Assembly: GCA_004283055.1 (NCBI GenBank)
Contig: SHLP01000005.1
Coordinates: 4,687-68,686 of the forward strand
Reading direction: 5' to 3'
Source: Deltaproteobacteria bacterium
Lineage (GTDB): Bacteria > Myxococcota_A > Polyangia > Polyangiales > Houyiibacteriaceae
Length of the DNA: 64,000 bases
The notes below the pieces were generated by a model. It saw only the letters and a list, made by a program, of their open reading frames with translations. It was not told where the DNA came from and did no database searches. Shown in pieces: positions 1-8,888 of the stretch; position 1 is the stretch's first letter; each line of letters begins with the position of its first letter. The translations under genes and the position numbers were made by a program.

Positions 1-2367
1 AGGCGTGGTCTCGGCAAAGCTCGGATACGCCTTGCGCTGGTCGAGCTGCTTTTGAAAGACATTCGGCTTCGACGTTGGCAACTCGCAACGTCCACGCTCA
101 CATACGTACGCCGTGCTTTTCCCGCTCATCGCTCGCTTCGCTTCGAGCCAAGGAAGCATTGCTTCTTGTTGGCTCACTTCGGCATTGCTTAGCACGGTGA
201 AGACCTTGTTCGGCACGAACGACCTCCGAAGGCGTTCGCTCAGCTCAGCGGCCTCTTCTCGGCTCACTGGGGCGATCACCGCAACCTCCAGAGCGCTGTC
301 GTAATAGCGATCGAGCGCCACCAGGAGCAACGGGAAGCCCATCGGTGAGCGGGTGACCTGAAAGGCGAGCGATGCGAACAGGCGCTCGGCCCGGCGCCTC
401 CACTTCGGGTCTCCGGTGAAATCATGCAGGCGGAGGAGGTTGTTTGCCGAAACGGAATTCCCTGACGGAACGGCCCGGTCATAAACCGGCTTCTCCCGGA
501 CCAGCAGCGCTTCACCACCGGCGGCGGTCAAGTAGTAGCCGCCGGCTTGCTCGTCGAGGTAGCGCAGATCTTGATCGGTTTGCAGCTCGACCGCGCGTTC
601 GATCCAAGCGGCGTCGCCGCTCGCCTGGTAGAGGTCGAGGCAGGCGGCCACCATGAACGCGTAGTCATCGAGAAACGACGCGCTGCCTTTGTTGCCCGCG
701 CGATAGGTCCGTACCAACGCTCCGTCTTCGTCGCGCATCTTCTCGAGAACGAATCGGGCCGAGCGCGCTGCGCTCTCGAAATAGCGCGGCTCTGCCAAGA
801 TCCATCCTGCCTTGGCAAAGGCAACGGCCATCATGCCGTTCCATGCGGCGATGATCTTCTCGTCGCGGATTGGCGGCGGACGAGATGCTCTGGCCTCGTA
901 AAGGATGGATCGCGCGCTGCCGATCACCTGGGCGACTCGCTTGGGGGAGAGGCCGAGCTCCGAGGCAAGCCTCTGGTCGGACTTGGCGCGATGGAGGATG
1001 TTTCGGCCCTCGAAGTTCCCGCGCTCGGTCACCCCATAGGCCGACGAAACCAGCGCTGCATCGCTCGTGCCGAGCAATTGCTCGAGCTCGTCAGGGCGCC
1101 AGGTGAAGAACCAGCCTTCTTCGTCGTGGCCGCTCGGCGTCGGGCTATCGGCGTCGGTCGCCGAGTAGAAGCCGCCGTCGGGCGAGGTCATTTCCCGGCT
1201 GACGTACTCCAAAATCTCTCGAGCAACCCTCTGATACGCCGGATCGCCCGTGTGCTGCCAGGCTTCGAGGTAGACCACGGCTAGCTGTGCGTTGTCGTAG
1301 AGCATCTTCTCGAAGTGAGGCACCAGCCAGCGAGCGTCGGTCGAGTAGCGGTGAAAGCCCCCGCCAATCTGATCGTAGATTCCGCCAGCCGCCATCCTGT
1401 CGAGCGTCGTCGCGACCATCGCCGTTGCGCCGGCGTCGCGCGTTCGACGCGCGTAGCGCAAAAGCAATGAGAGCCGAGAAGGCTGCGGGAACTTGGGCGC
1501 GCCGCCAAAGCCGCCGTCTACCGGATCGAACATCCGGCCCAGGTTCTGCGCGGCCACGGCGATGACCTTGTCGCTTGGAACGCCGGGCCCGGGCTGAATG
1601 GCTGCCGCTTGCTCTACGCGTTGGCTGAGCTCCTGGGCGCGCGCGACGACTTGTACGGGCTCGTCGCGGTACAGGCTGACCATCTCGTCGAGGATGTCGA
1701 TCAGCCCTGCTCGATTGCCGCGAACCCCTTTTCTCGGAGGGAAATACGTGCCGCCGAAAAAAGGCTCCTTGTCGGGGGTCATGATGACCGTCATCGGCCA
1801 TCCACCGCGACCGGTGAGAATGGTGACCGCCGTCATGTACACGCTGTCGATGTCGGGCCGCTCCTCACGGTCGACCTTGATCGCGATGAAGTGACCGTTG
1901 AGGTAGGCTGCAATTTCCTCGTCCTCGAAGGACTCGCGCTCCATCACGTGGCACCAGTGGCAGGTCGAATAGCCCACCGATAGGAAAACCGGCTTGTTCT
2001 CGCGCTTGGCGCGCTCGAACGCTTCGTCCGACCAGGCGTACCAGTTGACTGGATTGTGGGCGTGCTGGAGCAGATACGGGCTCGACTCCCGGATCAGGCG
2101 ATTGGTGAATCGCGGCGAGCCGTCCTCGTTGAGATGATGAGTACGAGGGGCGTAGGCCGGCCCCTGAGCTGCGAGAGCTCGGTCGAGCCTCTCCTGAAGC
2201 GCCTCGTCGACGAAGGCCACACCGGGCAGGTCGGGATCGGGTTCAGCGCCCGGCTCCGGGCTCGGCTTCGGCTCGCGCGGCGGGACCGGTTCGCAGGCGA
2301 ACGCCGACAACGCCGAGACGGCGACTAGGAGGAGAGCTCCAGAACGCGCTGCTGAAAATTGGTTCAT
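1..2367 (-). CDS. thioredoxin-domain protein, YyaL/DUF255 family (C-terminal end runs off the left edge)
   Basis: Absent from the ORF track because there is no stop inside the window. My reverse-strand translation from ATG (cat at 2365-2367) gives [25 protein letters not shown], a lipoprotein-type signal. It continues ...[51 protein letters not shown]..., a thioredoxin-fold CxxC domain, followed by a long alpha-helical body typical of this family. The frame stays open to position 1. Confidence 0.85.
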   Translation of the reverse strand, partial: MNQFSAARSGALLLVAVSALSAFACEPVPPREPKPSPEPGAEPDPDLPGVAFVDEALQERLDRALAAQGPAYAPRTHHLNEDGSPRFTNRLIRESSPYLLQHAHNPVNWYAWSDEAFERAKRENKPVFLSVGYSTCHWCHVMERESFEDEEIAAYLNGHFIAIKVDREERPDIDSVYMTAVTILTGRGGWPMTVIMTPDKEPFFGGTYFPPRKGVRGNRAGLIDILDEMVSLYRDEPVQVVARAQELSQRVEQAAAIQPGPGVPSDKVIAVAAQNLGRMFDPVDGGFGGAPKFPQPSRLSLLLRYARRTRDAGATAMVATTLDRMAAGGIYDQIGGGFHRYSTDARWLVPHFEKMLYDNAQLAVVYLEAWQHTGDPAYQRVAREILEYVSREMTSPDGGFYSATDADSPTPSGHDEEGWFFTWRPDELEQLLGTSDAALVSSAYGVTERGNFEGRNILHRAKSDQRLASELGLSPKRVAQVIGSARSILYEARASRPPPIRDEKIIAAWNGMMAVAFAKAGWILAEPRYFESAARSARFVLEKMRDEDGALVRTYRAGNKGSASFLDDYAFMVAACLDLYQASGDAAWIERAVELQTDQDLRYLDEQAGGYYLTAAGGEALLVREKPVYDRAVPSGNSVSANNLLRLHDFTGDPKWRRRAERLFASLAFQVTRSPMGFPLLLVALDRYYDSALEVAVIAPVSREEAAELSERLRRSFVPNKVFTVLSNAEVSQQEAMLPWLEAKRAMSGKSTAYVCERGRCELPTSKPNVFQKQLDQRKAYPSFAETTP

Positions 2368-2533
2368 GTTGCCCAAACTCCAATGAGATCGGGAGCTTGC
2401 AGAAGGTGGCTCCGAGGGCTACATCGTGCCGATTGCAAGCGGATGCAAGCCCAGGGCGTCCGTGATACACGACGGGCTGCTTTTTCCGGTCCGCGGGGCT
2501 GGCTTTCACACGATTTTCGAGGAACTGTCATCG

Positions 2534-3496
2534 ATGGCTGAGTCTACACCCTCCGTAATCCCCAGAGTTTTCGAGCACGTCAGCAGGAAGGACTGGGGCC
2601 GCTCCGTGCTCGTCCTCGAGATCCCGGACAAGCGAACCTTCCTCTTCGAAGATGGAGCGGAGCGCAGCTTCCGGCCCGACTACTGGCACAAGATGGAAAT
2701 CATCGAAGTGATGGGCAACGAGGCGGTGCGTATCGACCGAATCGCGCGTCGCAATCAGGCGCCGGCACCCGGCTCGACCCGCAAGTCCAAGGCCCCACCA
2801 AAGAAGCCTGACATCACCTTCGAGCAGCAGGTGGCCCACTTCATGACCCTCTACCCGGTTGGTTTCGAGGATGAGACGTTCATCAAAGCAGAGCGTGGCG
2901 TGCCCGGCGGCAAGGGCAGCGAAAAGCTCAAGGATGCGGCGATCGAGCGTGCCGAAGATCTCCTCAGCCAGAAAAACCTGGACGAGCTGACCGGCAACAG
3001 GAGCTACGAAGAGATCCACCAGATGATCTACGAGTTCCTGACGGGCACCAAGAGCACGACACAGAAGGCCGAAGCAACTCGGTTCAAGAACCTACCCGAA
3101 GACAGCCGTGAGACAGTGGCGTTGTCGCTTCGGGAGCTGCTCTACGGCGAGCGGACGTATGCGATTCGCTTCGACTCGTTTGTCGCGGCGCTCGACGTCG
3201 AAGACGGCGCGACTTGGCCGCTCGCGACCTTGCTCCCCGCGCTGGTTTATCCCAACGACCATCTGTTCGTGAAGCCGACCTTTCTCAAGAAGCAGGCACT
3301 CATCTTGGATATCGACCCCAAGTACGACACGACGCCGAACTCGACTACGTACAATCAGTTCTTGGAGGCCGCTAAAAAGACGATGGAGCTTCTGCAGGAA
3401 GCGGGACAGCGGCCGCGCGACCTCTGGGACGTGCACGTATTCATTTGTAAGACGCTGAGCCCAAAGGCGATCAAAGAAGCTACCGGCATCGCGTAG
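2534..3496 (+). CDS. hypothetical protein (320 aa)
   Basis: ORF 2426..3496. ATG at 2534 (MAESTPS...) is the first ATG after the divergent intergenic region. GC3-rich codons and non-repetitive composition. I recognise no family. Confidence 0.6.
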   Translation: MAESTPSVIPRVFEHVSRKDWGRSVLVLEIPDKRTFLFEDGAERSFRPDYWHKMEIIEVMGNEAVRIDRIARRNQAPAPGSTRKSKAPPKKPDITFEQQVAHFMTLYPVGFEDETFIKAERGVPGGKGSEKLKDAAIERAEDLLSQKNLDELTGNRSYEEIHQMIYEFLTGTKSTTQKAEATRFKNLPEDSRETVALSLRELLYGERTYAIRFDSFVAALDVEDGATWPLATLLPALVYPNDHLFVKPTFLKKQALILDIDPKYDTTPNSTTYNQFLEAAKKTMELLQEAGQRPRDLWDVHVFICKTLSPKAIKEATGIA

Positions 3497-3505
3497 CGCT
3501 TGCCT

Positions 3506-4489
3506 ATGAAGGCCTTGGTCCGAGCGGAATCCTGGCCGATTCGAGGTGGGTTCCGGATCGCGCGCGGTCGTCGGGCATCGGCCGAGGTCGTGGTGCTCGA
3601 GCTCGTTGACGGCGCCGATACGGGGCGAGGGGAATGCGTTCCCTACGACCGATACGGAGAATCGATCGACTCGGTGCGCGCGGAAATCGAGGCCGCATGC
3701 CAAGACCTGCAAGAGTCGAACGGCCTAGAGCGCTTGGCCGCGCTTCGGCCAGGAGCCGCCCGCAACGCGATCGACTGTTCGCTCTGGGAGCTGAAGGCCA
3801 AGCGGGCGCGGACAGATGTTTGGCGGCTGGCAGGCCTCGAGTCCGCGCCGCAGCCGGTCCAAAGCATGCGCACGGTCAGCGTCGACAGCGCCGCGAATAT
3901 GGCGACTGCAGCAGCAGAGCTCGCCCGGGCGCCGGTGATCAAGGTAAAGGTGGACGGCGGCAAGGATCTGGAGCGTATCGCGGCGGTGCACGGAGCTGCG
4001 CCCGACTCCGGGCTCGTCGTCGATGCCAACGAGGCCTGGTCGGAGCAGCAGCTCGAAGCTTGGCTGCCTCGACTCCCGCAGCTAGGCGTGGTCTTGCTCG
4101 AGCAGCCTCTTGCAGCAGGCGAGGATTCAGCGCTCGAGGGACTCGACCGAGTCGTGCCGATCTGCGCCGACGAGTCGTTTCACGATCGAAGCTCTTTTTT
4201 GGAGGTCCTGGATCGCTACGACGTGGTCAACATCAAGCTCGACAAGACCGGTGGGCTCAGCGAAGCGCTTCACTGCCAGCGAGAGGCAAAGCGCCTCGGG
4301 CTGCAGATCATGCTGGGGTGCATGGTCAGCACCTCTCTTGCGATCGAGCCAGCGCTGCTGCTGGCGTCGAACGCCGATTACATCGACCTCGACGGCCCTC
4401 TGCTCTTGGAGCGGGATCGAGAGGGCGCGCTCCACGAGCGTGACGCCGGCCTCTTGCGACCTTCAGGCTCGATCTGGGGTGCCCGCTAG
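3506..4489 (+). CDS. dipeptide epimerase (L-Ala-D/L-Glu epimerase-like), enolase superfamily
   Basis: The track start at 3500 is TTG; the first ATG is at 3506 (MKALVRAESWPIRGGFRIARG...). The protein has the layout of the mandelate racemase/muconate lactonising enzyme family (...VIKVKVDG..., ...VVDANEAW..., ...LLEQPL..., ...ICADES..., ...VNIKLDKTGG...). Confidence 0.8.
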   Translation: MKALVRAESWPIRGGFRIARGRRASAEVVVLELVDGADTGRGECVPYDRYGESIDSVRAEIEAACQDLQESNGLERLAALRPGAARNAIDCSLWELKAKRARTDVWRLAGLESAPQPVQSMRTVSVDSAANMATAAAELARAPVIKVKVDGGKDLERIAAVHGAAPDSGLVVDANEAWSEQQLEAWLPRLPQLGVVLLEQPLAAGEDSALEGLDRVVPICADESFHDRSSFLEVLDRYDVVNIKLDKTGGLSEALHCQREAKRLGLQIMLGCMVSTSLAIEPALLLASNADYIDLDGPLLLERDREGALHERDAGLLRPSGSIWGAR

Positions 4490-5251
4490 AAACGAGACCG
4501 CGGCGCGAATGACGTCCGGATGGTTCATCACGAAGGTGTGGATCGCCGGGACGACGTGATGTTCGCTCACGCCCTCGAGGCGAGTCTCGTCGACGGTGAC
4601 CAAGCCATCTCCTGGCACCCCGGGGGCATCCCCCGCAAAGATCGCGACTGGAACCTCGGGCACAGGAAGCGTCGATGCAAAGCCTTCGGCGATCTGTCCG
4701 TACGAAGGGCCGAGGATCCCGCGCATCACGCCGCCCTGATCGAGAGCGCCGGCCAGTGACGCGCCCCGATTCGGCGGGGCAATCATCACGATGCGATCGA
4801 TAGCCGAGCGCCAAGGTGCGTCGTAGCGAAGGAGCTGGCGAACGAGCAAGCCACCGAGGCTGTGCGACACGAACGAGAGCTTGTTTGGAGTGGGGACGTG
4901 GTCGAGTAGGTCCGCGATGGTTGCGGCGTGATCCTGGATCGACCTCCGAGTGCTCGGGTAATCGAGACGAGCCGTGGTGAAGCCTGCTTCTTGAAGAGCC
5001 TGGTCCAACCTCGCGAGCGAGCGACGCGTACGACCGAGGCCGTGCAGCAGGACGACCAGGCGATCGACCGAAGCCTGGGTCGGCCGCACCTCTTGAAGGG
5101 CCTCGGTGCATTGCTCCCATGAGCCGCGGCGGACGACCCGACCCTCTGGATTGAGCAGTCTGCAGGACTGGCCCTCCCAACGGCGCTGCAGTCTCCAACC
5201 GTCGCGCCATCGAGCGTCGGCCCAAAGCTGCGTGCCGGGCGGCTCGATCAT
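4463..5251 (-). CDS. alpha/beta hydrolase (PGAP1/DUF676-like lipase/esterase fold)
   Basis: The track ORF 4463..5878 is over-extended; its N-terminal part is R/G/A-rich junk that overlaps the upstream gene. ATG at 5251 (MIEPPGTQLW...) overlaps the upstream stop as ATGA (5248-5251). Motifs are LVVLLHGLGR (oxyanion region) and FVSHSLGG (nucleophile elbow). Confidence 0.75.
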   Translation of the reverse strand: MIEPPGTQLWADARWRDGWRLQRRWEGQSCRLLNPEGRVVRRGSWEQCTEALQEVRPTQASVDRLVVLLHGLGRTRRSLARLDQALQEAGFTTARLDYPSTRRSIQDHAATIADLLDHVPTPNKLSFVSHSLGGLLVRQLLRYDAPWRSAIDRIVMIAPPNRGASLAGALDQGGVMRGILGPSYGQIAEGFASTLPVPEVPVAIFAGDAPGVPGDGLVTVDETRLEGVSEHHVVPAIHTFVMNHPDVIRAAVSFLAGTPDRA

Positions 5252-6453
5252 CCCCCGAGATCTTCTTTGAGCCTGTCCTGGATTTGGTCGTCGGTCGGAT
5301 AGATCTCTTCGACGTGCTCCGAATCGACCAGGGTCGAGGTCAGCTTCTTGAGCATGTGCTTGACCGAGCGTGCGTCCGAACCCGCCGTGACGAGCTCGAT
5401 GAGCAGCGCTTCCTTGCGGTCCGGGTCGAGCTCGAGCTCGCCCTGCTCCACCATGCGATCGAGCGAACCGGACAAGGCTTGCAGCAGCTTCCGCGTGAAC
5501 GGGGTGTGCTGAAACGGCGGCGGCTCCTCGGCAAAGTCGTCCTGCTCCTCGGGCGCCGGTACACTTGCCGCCGTCCGCCAGCTGTCGTGCCGGTCGATCC
5601 ATTCCAAAGCCAGCCGCGCGAGCGTCGGGTCGTCCCCGGCTGCGCTCTGGTCGATGATTCTCGGCACGTCGCCAGCATGGATCGCCTGCTCGAAATCGAT
5701 GAGGTGATCGACGAGCGCTCGATGAACCGCGTCCATGTCGGAGACACCAATTTCTTCCGGAAGCTCGAGCGAGCGAGTCGCGAGGAACCTTCGCGTGAGC
5801 CAAAGCGAAAGGCGCCGCTGCCAGCCGTCTTCGCGATCGACGGATGCGTCGGTCCCATCGGATTCCACCAGAGGCCATTGGCCGCGAGAGATCGCATCCC
5901 AGGCCTCGAACAGCGGCGTATCGAGCAGCTCTTCGACGATGTACAGAGCGGACGTCGGTCCTTTCTCCCAGTCATCATCGAGCAAGGCGGAGGCCTCACT
6001 TTGGATGTCTTGAAGCTGCGCATCGTCGAGCTCGCCCTTGGCGCGCTGCACCTGCGCGGTCATCCAGCGAAGAGCGTTCGTCAGATCCGCAAATTCGAGA
6101 TCGCCGCGCATCCCGTCTTTGAGCGTGTAGACCCGGTGCATGCCCTCGGGATCGGCAATGGTATCGGCGAGAAAGATCAGGCCCTCGAGGTCGGCGGCCA
6201 CGAAGGGCTCCACCTCGCCAACTTGGAGCGCCCAGTGAAGGCGCCACGGCTGGGACGAGTCTCCAACGGCCATTGCTGCGTAGGTCGACTCCAGGGTTTC
6301 CAAGAGTCGAAACCCGTGTGCTGCGGTCGAGGTCACGTGCAAGAGATCCACGAACGCGTCGATTCGAGACTCGCCAAGCTCAGGCGGCTGTCCCGGCTGG
6401 CCAAGGGCATCCCAGTACGCCTGGATCCCCTGCAGAAACGGCTGGTGAGGCAT
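5248..6453 (-). CDS. hypothetical acidic protein (401 aa)
   Basis: ORF with ATG at 6453 and high GC3. It is D/E-rich, has no TM segment and belongs to no family I recognise. It is coupled by ATGA to the downstream hydrolase. Confidence 0.6.
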   Translation of the reverse strand: MPHQPFLQGIQAYWDALGQPGQPPELGESRIDAFVDLLHVTSTAAHGFRLLETLESTYAAMAVGDSSQPWRLHWALQVGEVEPFVAADLEGLIFLADTIADPEGMHRVYTLKDGMRGDLEFADLTNALRWMTAQVQRAKGELDDAQLQDIQSEASALLDDDWEKGPTSALYIVEELLDTPLFEAWDAISRGQWPLVESDGTDASVDREDGWQRRLSLWLTRRFLATRSLELPEEIGVSDMDAVHRALVDHLIDFEQAIHAGDVPRIIDQSAAGDDPTLARLALEWIDRHDSWRTAASVPAPEEQDDFAEEPPPFQHTPFTRKLLQALSGSLDRMVEQGELELDPDRKEALLIELVTAGSDARSVKHMLKKLTSTLVDSEHVEEIYPTDDQIQDRLKEDLGG

Positions 6454-6605
6454 AGGGGGCGGAAACTAGCCCAATTTCGGAAAGGTGAAAGCCCGCCGTC
6501 CACTTGAAACACGTTCTATCTTTGCCTAGACCCCGTGGAGCCTGGTGCAGCCCGCCCTTGGCCGGACGGGCGTCATGCGGGAGATGGAGCTGAGGGAGCC
6601 AAACG

Positions 6606-7091
6606 ATGCCGATTGATGAGGACGCTTTCAAAGAGGCGCTTCGTGGCTGGGCCAGCGGGGTCACGGTCGTGACCGCGCGGAGCGGGGACCAGGTCCACGG
6701 GATGACGGTCTCGGCATTTTCGAGCGTTTCGGCGAATCCACCGCTGGTCCTGGTCTGCGCCAATCGAGCCTCGACTACGCACGGTGTCATCGAAGCGGGC
6801 GGCGTTTTTGCAGTGAACATTCTGGCGTCGCACCAGCAGGATGTGTCGAACATTTTCGCGTCTTCCGAAGACGAGGATTCTCGTCTGCAGAAGGTGAGAT
6901 GGAGCGAAGGAGCAACGGGAGCGCCGCTGATCGACGAAGCCTCGGTCTCGCTGGAATGCCAGGTGGCGAGCTCGCATCGGGAGGGAAGCCACACGATCTA
7001 CGTTGGCCGGGTAGAAGCGGTGAAATCGACCAATGCCAAGCCGCTGCTCTATTACAACGGCGGGTACGGGTCCCTTCACTGCGGCGACTAG
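6606..7091 (+). CDS. flavin reductase domain protein (NAD(P)H:FMN oxidoreductase family)
   Basis: MPIDEDAFKEALRGWASGVTVVTARSGDQVHGMTVSAFSSVSANPPLVLVC... is the typical flavin-reductase-like FMN-binding split-barrel domain. Confidence 0.85.
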   Translation: MPIDEDAFKEALRGWASGVTVVTARSGDQVHGMTVSAFSSVSANPPLVLVCANRASTTHGVIEAGGVFAVNILASHQQDVSNIFASSEDEDSRLQKVRWSEGATGAPLIDEASVSLECQVASSHREGSHTIYVGRVEAVKSTNAKPLLYYNGGYGSLHCGD

Positions 7092-7774
7092 TCGGCGGTG
7101 AACTGCCGCCAGAGCGTCTCCAGGGTGGTTTCGAGCATGCCCTCCTTGGCGGCATTGTACGGGGTGAAGTTCATCAGACGAACGTAGTCGACGCGCGCGT
7201 TCGGTCCTTCCCCCTCGATGTCCAAGACATTGACACAGCCGGGGTCCTGCTCGATCCGCCGATAGATTTGCGGACCCGTGCCGAGAGCCTGCGCGAGGAT
7301 CGTCCGGTTCACGACGCCGTGGCAGGCGACAAACGCACAGGTCCAGTCGCTCCGGCCGAGCAGGCCAGCCCACGCCGCGGCGACGCGATCCCAGAGCGCA
7401 GAATAAGACTCTCCCGTGAGAAACCGCGCATCGGGCTCCTCGGCGTGGTCGAAGGCCCGAGTGACGAGAGCTTCCATCTCGGCAAAGCTCTCGATGCCCT
7501 CGAAGCTGCCCGTTTTGGCCTCCGACAGGCCTTCGATGGTCCCGATCGGCAGGTCGCGCCCAGCAATCGCGAGGCGAGCCGTCTGCTCGGTCCGACGGAG
7601 CCCGGTGCAAACGGCGAGGTCGATCGGGGCCTCGGCCAAGAGCTGCCCCAGCGCTCGAGCCTGAGCGACTCCGGCCTGGGTGAGCGCCGGATCGTGGTCC
7701 CCGGGGTCTCGTCCCGGTTCGAAATAGGACACCTCACCGTGCCGCACCAGGTACACTCTGCGTCGGTTCTTCAC
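7088..7774 (-). CDS. histidine phosphatase family protein (phosphoglycerate mutase-like)
   Basis: Contains the RHGE catalytic motif (VYLVRHGEV). The track start at 7945 would run into the divergent peroxidase gene. An in-frame GTG at 7774 (VKNRRRVYLVRHGE) is the plausible start. Confidence 0.7.
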   Translation of the reverse strand: MKNRRRVYLVRHGEVSYFEPGRDPGDHDPALTQAGVAQARALGQLLAEAPIDLAVCTGLRRTEQTARLAIAGRDLPIGTIEGLSEAKTGSFEGIESFAEMEALVTRAFDHAEEPDARFLTGESYSALWDRVAAAWAGLLGRSDWTCAFVACHGVVNRTILAQALGTGPQIYRRIEQDPGCVNVLDIEGEGPNARVDYVRLMNFTPYNAAKEGMLETTLETLWRQFTAD

Positions 7775-7831
7775 TGGGGCGCAGCATAGCAGGGGGTGCC
7801 CGGCAGCGCTTTGACTGCTACCGTTCGCCGC

Positions 7832-8857
7832 ATGTCTGAGATGAAGTGGGCGCTCGTCATCCTTGCCGCCGTGGCGGTTACGGGCTGCACAAAAAAGAAC
7901 CCCCCCGCTCCCGCCGCGGAACAAACAGACGCGGTGCAGGAGCAAAAGCCAGCCGTGGCCGCGGTGGAGCCGATTTTACCGCTCCCGAGCTCGGTCGACG
8001 TCGATATGGACAAGGTCATCCTCGGCCGAAGCCTCTACCACGACACGATGCTCTCAGGCGACGGAACCGTTGCATGCGTCACCTGCCATTCGCTCGATCA
8101 CGGAGGTGCCGAGCCGCGCAAGACCTCAAAAGGGATTCGCGGCCAGATCGGACCGATCAACTCCCCGACGGTCTTGAACTCCGGGTACAATTTCGTTCAA
8201 TTTTGGGACGGTCGCGCAAAGGATCTGCAAGAGCAGGCCGCTGGGCCCGTCGCGAACCCCATCGAAATGGGTGCGAACTGGGATGAGGTCGTAGAGCGTC
8301 TAGAACAGAACAAAGAGTACGCGGCGACCTTTGCAAAGCTCTACGACGACGGCGTCACCCAAGCGAATGCGACCGACGCCATCGCGGAGTACGAGAAATC
8401 GCTGATCACTCCCTCGCGCTTCGACAAGTTCTTGCTCGGTGACCAGGACGCAATCACCGACGCGGAGAAGAAAGGCTACGCGACGTTCAAAGAGGTCGGC
8501 TGCACCGCATGTCATGCCGGCATCAACGTGGGGGGGACGATGTTCCAGAAGATGGGCCTCGTGAAAGACTATTTCGCCGAGCGCGGCACGCAGCTCACCG
8601 ATGCCGACTTGGGGCGCTTCAACGTCAGCAAGAACGCCGCAGAGAAGCACTTTTTCAAGGTGCCAAGCCTTCGCAACATCGAGCTCACCCCGCCCTATCT
8701 CCACGACGGCTCGCAGGAAACGCTAGAGAGCACCGTGAAGATCATGGGCACCTACCAGCTCGGCAGGGAGCTGACCGACGCTCAGGTCAACAGCATCGTG
8801 ACCTTCCTCAAGAGCCTGACCGGCGAGCTGCCCGCGCACGCGAAGCCGGCAAGCTAG
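7832..8857 (+). CDS. di-haem cytochrome c peroxidase (CcpA/MauG family), lipoprotein signal
   Basis: Two CxxCH haem motifs (CVTCH, CTACH), plus ...FWDGRA... and ...PSLRNIELTPPYLHDGS.... Signal peptide MSEMKWALVILAAVAVTGC. ATG at 7832, with an alternative at 7841. Confidence 0.9.
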   Translation: MSEMKWALVILAAVAVTGCTKKNPPAPAAEQTDAVQEQKPAVAAVEPILPLPSSVDVDMDKVILGRSLYHDTMLSGDGTVACVTCHSLDHGGAEPRKTSKGIRGQIGPINSPTVLNSGYNFVQFWDGRAKDLQEQAAGPVANPIEMGANWDEVVERLEQNKEYAATFAKLYDDGVTQANATDAIAEYEKSLITPSRFDKFLLGDQDAITDAEKKGYATFKEVGCTACHAGINVGGTMFQKMGLVKDYFAERGTQLTDADLGRFNVSKNAAEKHFFKVPSLRNIELTPPYLHDGSQETLESTVKIMGTYQLGRELTDAQVNSIVTFLKSLTGELPAHAKPAS

Positions 8858-8888
8858 TGGGGCTCGGGCAGTCGGGCGGAAGGCTCAG

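Noticed and set aside
5252-5878. N-terminal extension of the alpha/beta hydrolase ORF, and likewise 50863-51180 for the L,D-transpeptidase
   Set aside because: Both extensions overlap the upstream genes and are low-complexity R/A/G/S sequence. Internal ATGs give sensible N-termini (ATGA coupling for one, a signal peptide for the other).
5284-6507. 407-aa plus-strand ORF antisense to the 401-aa hypothetical gene
   Set aside because: It is an R/G/L/V-rich mirror-frame ORF of the kind produced by high GC3 on the opposite strand. It has no motifs, and the minus-strand frame is the one coupled by ATGA to the next gene.
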